The notes under the pieces are model-generated. The model searched no databases. It saw nothing but the letters and a program-made list of their open reading frames with translations, and was not told the origin of the DNA. The position numbers and the translations under genes were made by a program. Below are positions 58,076-64,000 of a stretch of DNA of 64,000 nt, piece by piece. Every line of letters begins with the position of its first letter. The first letter of the stretch is position 1. Source of the stretch: an uncultured bacterium (lineage in GTDB: Bacteria > SAR324 > NAC60-12); the NCBI GenBank assembly GCA_965662235.1, contig CBFIGY010000006.1:45021-109020 (forward strand), given 5' to 3'.

Positions 58076-59346
58076 GGTGCCTTTGCAGAAGGGGGTGGGG
58101 TCAGGTTGAGCTGCACCTGCATGTGGATCACGGAGCGTTGCTGGATGAGGCGGTAGTCCTGATACGTGAGCGCCACACGGTGCACCCGGGGGTGTGCCTC
58201 AAGCTGACGGAGGATGCGCGGGATGTGACTGTCTCGGAGCGTGAGCAATTCCAGCTGAAGCGTCGGAGCTTCGTAATGAACGGCTTCCAGCCATGCCAGG
58301 GAAAGCGGCGCCAGCAGCGAGTCCAGCAGATCCGGAGGAAACCAGGCCTGCCGCACCGCAATTTTGGCTTCAATCTGAGCCAGCTGTTCCTGCTGCGCCA
58401 CGTGGGCCTGTGCGGCTTTGAGGGCTTCTTGGTGTTGCTGGTGTGCCACCAACTGCTGCTCCGTTTGCCTAAGGTCCTGCTGCAGGGCCTTCAGGTGGGT
58501 TTCTGGCACCCACCGGAACCCTGCCCACGCGCCCAGCAGCAACACTCCCACGACTAAAAGCGCCCACTCCCAGCGGAAGGCCACGCCCGATGGTTCAGAC
58601 GTGAGCCACTGGAACGACGTTTCCCACGCGGGGAGCTGCTCCAGCAGTTCCGGGAGTTCCACACAGGCGGGCTCCTGCGGTCTTTCCGGACGACGTGGGC
58701 GCAGCTGGAGCCGGGAAAGTTCATCGCATCCCTGAACGTCCTGAGCCCAGGCGGTCAGCTGCTCTTCCGCCAGTTTGGGCATGGGCACCAGTTTCTTCCA
58801 CTGCGGAGGATTCTGTTCCAGGTAGTGCCAGTCTTCAAGTCCATGCAGGGCCCACGATTCAGCCGAGCTTTCCGGAAGGGTGTTCAGCAGCAATCCCAAC
58901 AGCGGTTGCAGCTCCACCTTGAGGTGAAACTCGGCCTGCAGTGCCGCTTGCAGTGCCAGCGCTTGCGAAGTGGCTCCCACGCAGAGGTAGGCAACCGATG
59001 CGGCTCCGTCCTGCGGATAGGTTGCAACGCCGATCAACGGAAAGGGATTCAGTTCGGCGCCTCCGGGTTCTGAGGGCTGGAGCTGCTGCTGAGCAAAGGG
59101 GCGGAGCTCCTGGGGTGACAGGGCGATGCCCACGTGCAACTGCGTGAGCACCCAAGGACTCTCGAGTAACAGGATCACGTGCTCAAAGGAAAGCGCTCGG
59201 AGCTCCTCTACCAAGGCTTCCGGAGTCCAGCCCTGACGACGGGGCTTGTAGCAGCGCTGCTCATCGCCTAGCCGCCACCACAGGGTGTGGGCGCCTAAAA
59301 CCACAAAGAGCGTCTGGAGCGTCGGGCGGGAGCGCTTCAGCGACAA
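58072..59346 (-). CDS. Hypothetical PilM/PilN- or GspL-like protein; start uncertain
   Basis: Cytoplasmic region, one TM helix, coiled coil, then a PilN-like periplasmic segment (AWLEAVHYE...LEAHP). TTG start inferred just after the pfaD stop. Confidence 0.45.
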   Translation of the reverse strand: MSLKRSRPTLQTLFVVLGAHTLWWRLGDEQRCYKPRRQGWTPEALVEELRALSFEHVILLLESPWVLTQLHVGIALSPQELRPFAQQQLQPSEPGGAELNPFPLIGVATYPQDGAASVAYLCVGATSQALALQAALQAEFHLKVELQPLLGLLLNTLPESSAESWALHGLEDWHYLEQNPPQWKKLVPMPKLAEEQLTAWAQDVQGCDELSRLQLRPRRPERPQEPACVELPELLEQLPAWETSFQWLTSEPSGVAFRWEWALLVVGVLLLGAWAGFRWVPETHLKALQQDLRQTEQQLVAHQQHQEALKAAQAHVAQQEQLAQIEAKIAVRQAWFPPDLLDSLLAPLSLAWLEAVHYEAPTLQLELLTLRDSHIPRILRQLEAHPRVHRVALTYQDYRLIQQRSVIHMQVQLNLTPPPSAKAP

Positions 59347-59350
59347 GGCG

Positions 59351-60970
59351 TCAGGCAGCAAAAGGGGTGGGGGTGTACACACCCAACTCCGGAGACGGAG
59401 TCAGGCCAAGCCAACGGAGCTGCTGCACTCGGCTGAGGTACGCGGCTCCCTGCATGAGGTGCCAAGCCACTTCCACAGCCCGTCGGTTTTCGGGAGCCTC
59501 CAGGTAGGATCCCCGGACCCAATCGTTGAAAGCGCCCATGGCCGGTCCACACCAGATCTGGTAATCCGTCTCTCGTCCAGCCTCTCCTTGGTTCGACCAG
59601 CGGGACGACAGGCCCAGGTACCAGCGGAACACCAATGCCATCTTGCGCTTTGGATTCCCCTGCGCCCGGGCAATGACCTCCGGGTCACGCTCATTGAAGA
59701 AGGCTTCCGTCTCCTTCCAGATGTCCTCAAGGGACTTGCGGAAGACCTGCTTTTCCAAGCGTTCACGTTCCGGCGCGGGAAGGCTTTCCAGCGATTCAAA
59801 GTTCCGGTACAGCTCATAAAGCTTCTGAGCCCGCATGGGAAACATGGTCCCGCGCTTGAGCACCTGCAGTTCGACCCCCATCTCAAACATGTCTGCGGCG
59901 GGCGCCATGGCCACATCGGCCATTTCAGCCTGCGCCAGCAGTCGCTTGGTGTGGTCTGAGGCTCCTGCTTCCAGACAGGCCTGATTGACGGAGCCCGTCA
60001 CCACGTACGCGGCACCCATGGCAAAGCAGGCCAGTACTGATGCCGGGGTGCCCACGCCGCCTCCTGCTCCAACGCGAACCGGGACCGCGTAGCGGTGGCT
60101 GGCCTGAATCTGATCCCGCAGGGCAATGATTCCGGGCAGCAGCGACACCAGTGGCCGGTTGTCGGTGTGCCCTCCGGAGTCCGCCTCCACGGTGATGTCA
60201 TCGGCCATGGGCACCTGGCTCGCCCACTGAGCCTGCTGTTCGGTGATGTGTCCCTGGGCCAGCAGCTCTTGGAGCAGACGCTCCGGAGCCGGCTCCATGA
60301 ACTTTCGGGCGACCTCTGTCCGGGAAATTTTCGCAATCACTCGGTTCTGTGGAACCACCTGTCCCTCCGGAGAAACCGTCAGGCCGGCGACTCGGTACCG
60401 GACAATGTGGGACGTCAGGTCCAGGTAGGCGGACGCCTCCACGGTCCGGACCCCGTAACGGAGAAACAGCTCGCACCCGTTGCGCTCCAGGGCATCTTCG
60501 CTGGGACTGTGAATGAGGTTGAACGCGTAGGGGCCATGGGGAAGGGCTTGCTGAATGCGCTGAATGGCGGCTTCAATGCGGCTGGGAACCAGCCCGGCGG
60601 CTCCGAAGGAACCAAGCATGCCCGCCTGTCCCATGGCAATGACCAGCTCCTCTGAGGCGATGCCGTTGGCCATGGCTCCGGTCATGTACGCAAAGTGGAG
60701 CCCGTGTGCGGCGCGGAACTGCGGGTCGCCCAATCGGTAGGCGGGAAGCGCCGGGAGGCTTCCAATCCATTCGGCCGGCTCCTGCCCCTGCTGCAAAGCG
60801 CCTTCGTCACAAACGCCCAAGTGCCCCTGCACCCGGACCACCTGAAGGGGACGTTCCGCCTGGCTGAGGAGGTTCCGGATGGACGCCACATCAAAGGCCA
60901 CGTGCGAGGCATGGAGGGCAATGGAGGCAAACGCCTGCCCCGGTTCAGGGGGCATCAACAGAGCAGTCAT
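59351..60970 (-). CDS. pfaD: PfaD family enoyl reductase (PUFA/polyketide synthase component)
   Basis: YMTGAMANGIAS, FNLIHSP, VEASAY, ITVEADSGGHTDNRPL, APAADMFEMGV, DYQIWCGPAMGAFN motifs. Confidence 0.93.
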   Translation of the reverse strand: MTALLMPPEPGQAFASIALHASHVAFDVASIRNLLSQAERPLQVVRVQGHLGVCDEGALQQGQEPAEWIGSLPALPAYRLGDPQFRAAHGLHFAYMTGAMANGIASEELVIAMGQAGMLGSFGAAGLVPSRIEAAIQRIQQALPHGPYAFNLIHSPSEDALERNGCELFLRYGVRTVEASAYLDLTSHIVRYRVAGLTVSPEGQVVPQNRVIAKISRTEVARKFMEPAPERLLQELLAQGHITEQQAQWASQVPMADDITVEADSGGHTDNRPLVSLLPGIIALRDQIQASHRYAVPVRVGAGGGVGTPASVLACFAMGAAYVVTGSVNQACLEAGASDHTKRLLAQAEMADVAMAPAADMFEMGVELQVLKRGTMFPMRAQKLYELYRNFESLESLPAPERERLEKQVFRKSLEDIWKETEAFFNERDPEVIARAQGNPKRKMALVFRWYLGLSSRWSNQGEAGRETDYQIWCGPAMGAFNDWVRGSYLEAPENRRAVEVAWHLMQGAAYLSRVQQLRWLGLTPSPELGVYTPTPFAA

Positions 60971-61009
60971 GAGTGTTTCAACAGAAGCGGGTTGTCAGGA
61001 GCCGGAGGA

Positions 61010-61264
61010 TCAATTGAGCGCGTCGTCGTCTTCGTCATCCCGTTGAAATCGGAAGGACGGCTCATCGCTGGTTGACTTGCCAAAGCGCTGCTTCAGGCGT
61101 TCAATCTCCTGCTCTAGGGTGGTGATGATCTGACGGACGTGTTCATCTGTGTACGAGTAGGTCACTCGGTTGGACAGGTTCCCGACTAGGCGAATCTTGT
61201 CCAAAGCCGCGTTCATGCGCTTTTCAGCAAGTCGCTCAAATTTTTCCAGTTTGTCGGTGCTCAT
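61010..61264 (-). CDS. Conserved small helical hypothetical protein
   Basis: KFERLAEKR...IRLVGNLSNR..YSYT pattern; GGAG RBS. Confidence 0.8.
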   Translation of the reverse strand: MSTDKLEKFERLAEKRMNAALDKIRLVGNLSNRVTYSYTDEHVRQIITTLEQEIERLKQRFGKSTSDEPSFRFQRDDEDDDALN

Positions 61265-61280
61265 AGAGGCTCCGTGAGGG

Positions 61281-62084
61281 TTAGGAGTGGAGGAGGGCCA
61301 AGGTGGCCTGATGCAAAGCGTCTGAGGCCGCAGCGACCACGGTTCCGTCCCATCCGGAAGCCAGAACAGGCTGTCCGTTCCAGTCGGTCACCCGTCCGCC
61401 GGCAGCCGTGATGACGGCCGCGGGACCAGCGATGTCATAAGGCTTCAGGTCTGCTTCCAGAACAAGGTCAATGTGTCCGGAAGCCAGCAGGCCGTAGCTG
61501 TAGCAGTCGCCGCCGAAGCGTTGCATCTTCACCTGCTGCTGTACCGGTGCCAAGCGGGCCTGCTGTTCAGGGGAAAACATGGCGGGGTCGGTGCTGTAGG
61601 CGTAGGCCTCTGTGAGCCGGGTCTTCTGAGAAACCTGAGCGTCCTGCGTCTGGAGCTGCGGGTACGCAATGCGGTGCTGGGCGTGTCCAGGAAGGGCGGT
61701 CCACCAGCGTTCTCCCAGAGCCGGCAGAGCCATCATGCCTAACACCGGAACCTCCTTGTGAGCCAGCGCAATCAGGGTGCCAAAGAGCGGGAGCCCCGAA
61801 ATGAAGGCCCGGGTGCCATCAATGGGATCCAGGATCCACTGCCACTCCCGGTCTCGACCGGCGTGTCCGTGTTCCTCACCCAAAATTCCGTGCTCAGGGA
61901 AACGGGTTTCCAGCAGCTGTCGCATGGCGCTCTCCGCCTCGCGATCCGCCCGTGTGACGGGGCTTTCATCGGCCTTGTCTTCGACGGCAAGCGGCTGACG
62001 GAAGTACTTGAGGGCCACCGCCTCTGCCTGGTCTGCAAGCTCGTGCAGAACCGGAACCAGCGAGGAAAGGGCGTCGGGGGACAT
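61281..62084 (-). CDS. hisN: Histidinol-phosphatase, inositol monophosphatase family
   Basis: SPVTRADREAE, GEEHG, LDPIDGTRAF, FGTLIAL, GGDCYSYGLLASG, LKPYD motifs. Confidence 0.85.
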   Translation of the reverse strand: MSPDALSSLVPVLHELADQAEAVALKYFRQPLAVEDKADESPVTRADREAESAMRQLLETRFPEHGILGEEHGHAGRDREWQWILDPIDGTRAFISGLPLFGTLIALAHKEVPVLGMMALPALGERWWTALPGHAQHRIAYPQLQTQDAQVSQKTRLTEAYAYSTDPAMFSPEQQARLAPVQQQVKMQRFGGDCYSYGLLASGHIDLVLEADLKPYDIAGPAAVITAAGGRVTDWNGQPVLASGWDGTVVAAASDALHQATLALLHS

Positions 62085-63382
62085 CAGGGCGACTCCGGTT
62101 CAAGGGGTTGACGTTCCAGCTCCTCCATCAGGGATTTGAGGAAGAGAAACAGCGTTTGCAAGATGGAGTAAATCGGCACAGCAAGCAGAGCGCCGGCAAT
62201 GCCTGCCAGGTGTTCACCGGTCATGAGCGCAAACACGATGATTGCCGGGTGAATGTGTGCCGCGGTGCCCATGATCTTCGGGTTGAGGAAGTTTGCCTCA
62301 ATGAAGTGAATGAGCAAGATCCACGCAAGCGCCAACAATCCGGTGCTGAAGGAAACCGTTAGTCCCATCACAATGATCGGGACGCTTGACAAAATGGTGC
62401 CGAAAATGGGAATGAGCGAAAACAGGGTGGCCACTAGCGCCAGCGTCACCGCAAACGGAACCCCAAACAGGAGCAGGCCAATCAGCGTCAGGGCCCCATT
62501 GACAAGGCAGATGATGATCTGTCCCCGGACGACCCCGTTGAGTCCTTCATCCAGCTTCTCCATCAGGTGCCCCACCCGGACGTTGTAGCGATGGGGGATG
62601 AAGCTTTGCCAGAACTCGGCAATGCGTGCCGTGTCCACGAGAATGAAGCCGGCGACCATGAAGGTCAGGAAGAGGGTAAAGACGGACCCTGCGACTCCGG
62701 TAACCAGCTGGCGGCCAAAGGTCACGAGCCGGAGCAAGTCGGAGGAAAGGCGTTCCGTGGCTCCGGTCAGCAAGCTGTTGACCCGGTCGTTGAAACTGAG
62801 TCCGGTAGCGGGAGACGTGTCTCCGGGAAGCCGAGGTTTAGGAATGATTTCAATGCGCTGCGAGTCCAGGGTCCGGACCTCATAGACGTACCCTTCCAGG
62901 AGCTGCGCGAGGGGGTGGTCGCTTGCTGGCGACGCTTGGGTTGGGGGAAGGGTTGGGGGTTCCAGCTCCGGAGGCTCCACCGGTTCCGGAGGACTCGGCA
63001 GCACCGCCTGCCAGGACTCCAGCTGCTGCTCCACCACCGGTTGCCACTCTTCCACCAGCACCGAGACCCGCCCAGGTACCTCCTGAACCATCCGTGCCAG
63101 CTCAGAGCTGACTCGTGGGACCAGGTAGGTGCTGAAGCCAATGAGCACCAGCAGCAACGCCAGGTAGAGCAGGATCACAGCGGCTCCTCGTGGCAAGCGC
63201 TTGTTTCCATAAATCTGCCACTGATGCATCCGTTCAATGGCCGGAGCCAGCACATACGCCAGGAAGATCGCCAGGATGAACGGAAAGAGGATCTGGTTCA
63301 GAAAGAGCAACACCCCCAACCCTGTCAGGATGAGCACCAGCATCACCCCCAGACGTCCCCGCCGAGAAAACAGTTCGAGCAT
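62084..63382 (-). CDS. AI-2E family transporter
   Basis: PFILAIFLAYVLAP, RGQIII, LIPIFG, IEANFLNPKIMG, LLAVP motifs. Confidence 0.92.
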   Translation of the reverse strand: MLELFSRRGRLGVMLVLILTGLGVLLFLNQILFPFILAIFLAYVLAPAIERMHQWQIYGNKRLPRGAAVILLYLALLLVLIGFSTYLVPRVSSELARMVQEVPGRVSVLVEEWQPVVEQQLESWQAVLPSPPEPVEPPELEPPTLPPTQASPASDHPLAQLLEGYVYEVRTLDSQRIEIIPKPRLPGDTSPATGLSFNDRVNSLLTGATERLSSDLLRLVTFGRQLVTGVAGSVFTLFLTFMVAGFILVDTARIAEFWQSFIPHRYNVRVGHLMEKLDEGLNGVVRGQIIICLVNGALTLIGLLLFGVPFAVTLALVATLFSLIPIFGTILSSVPIIVMGLTVSFSTGLLALAWILLIHFIEANFLNPKIMGTAAHIHPAIIVFALMTGEHLAGIAGALLAVPIYSILQTLFLFLKSLMEELERQPLEPESP

Positions 63383-63700
63383 GTACTTCTTTCGTGAAGG
63401 TTGTTCTGTGAGTGGTGGCTCTCACCGAAACCCAGAAGGAGCAGGCTGCCCCACAGGCGTTTCGTTGATTCCGGGAGGTTCTCTCAGAGGAGCTCAATGG
63501 AAACCGCCCCTATCCTGCCAGTAATTGTGGCTTTTTTCCAGTAAACTCCTGAGCGCCGATCCGTGGGGCACTCCCTCCGGGAACCGGCGTGCTGGAGAGG
63601 GGGGAGGGAGATGATGTGGGAACTCATCACACGGGAGAGCACGCACCGGGTCAACACGTTGTGAGCCAGAAGCCGGGTTGCCCATCAGGAGCCGTCAAGC

Positions 63701-64000
63701 CTAAGCCGACTCCCGGAGAATGAGCCGACCTTCAAAGAGGGTGGACTCCCGTTGGGGCGTCCGTTCACCGGAGTGGATGATCTGGAAGAGGGTCTCGACG
63801 CTGTGTTCTGCAATGGAAACGTAGCTCTGGGCAACGGTGGTGAGTGCCGGAGCAGTGTACTGAGACCAGAGGTGGTCGTCGTGCCCAGCCACCCGCAGTG
63901 AACAGCCGTACCCTCGTCCCACCCGGATCCCCTTCTCATAAGCGGCAGCAAGCAGGCCAATGGCAATCCGGTCGTTGCTGCACAGGATCGTTTCCGAGGG
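63701..64000 (-). CDS. LacI family transcriptional regulator, C-terminal part (5' truncated)
   Basis: Frame open to the window edge: ILCSNDRIAIG...VAGHDD...PALTTVAQ...LILRESA*. Confidence 0.9.
   Translation of the reverse strand, partial: PSETILCSNDRIAIGLLAAAYEKGIRVGRGYGCSLRVAGHDDHLWSQYTAPALTTVAQSYVSIAEHSVETLFQIIHSGERTPQRESTLFEGRLILRESA

Noticed and set aside
63420..63495. GAAGGAGCA...CTCTCAG resembling a glycine riboswitch
   Set aside because: Wrong strand for the adjacent gene, and the upstream GGAGA element and P1 pairing are missing.
63518..63544. CCAGTAA direct repeat at a 20-bp period upstream of the AI-2E gene
   Set aside because: Only 7 bp and two copies with no supporting context; could be chance.
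1..64000. CTAG/CCTAGG seemed visually frequent; CRISPR arrays, IS elements and prophage genes were also sought
   Set aside because: Rough counts of CTAG and CCTAGG do not exceed composition-based expectation; no repeat-spacer array, transposase or phage gene was recognised.

Overview
A GC-rich (about 60% by eye) chromosomal segment of an aerobic Gram-negative bacterium. The gene repertoire suggests a deltaproteobacteria-like or SAR324-like lineage; this is inference and was not verified. The window holds about 70 densely packed CDSs and one tRNA-Gly(GCC). I found no transposase, integrase, prophage or CRISPR array. Main blocks: LPS-core genes (two GT9, gmhB, a GT2, a LapA-like gene); mltD-like and argB; a ctaB-coxII-I-III-IV-III' cytochrome c oxidase operon divergent from a CopA-type ATPase; a NusG paralog-nitronate monooxygenase-codA unit; phaR-gatB-ccmCDE-ntrY-like; a patch of small unknown ORFs; trmFO-FecR-lipoprotein-beta-barrel-dut-mpl; a dynamin-like GTPase divergent from M23 peptidase-bactofilin-ftsB-thiN; rubrerythrin-FeS oxidoreductase-DUF3501 divergent from tpx; pheT-dgkA-moaD; and an orphan pfaD. 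The most notable signals are five. (1) The palindrome TCCGGA is about 9-fold over-represented and occurs in all reading frames, like a HIP1-type highly iterated palindrome. (2) A FecR/lipoprotein/beta-barrel module has a lipoprotein with seven D-N-x-S/T motifs, a possible non-canonical N-glycosylation sequon. (3) The A-type oxidase lacks the canonical K-channel Lys/Thr. (4) There are clear OxyR-like, CsoR-like and MarR-type operator sites. (5) Three small ORFs are missing from the supplied ORF track.
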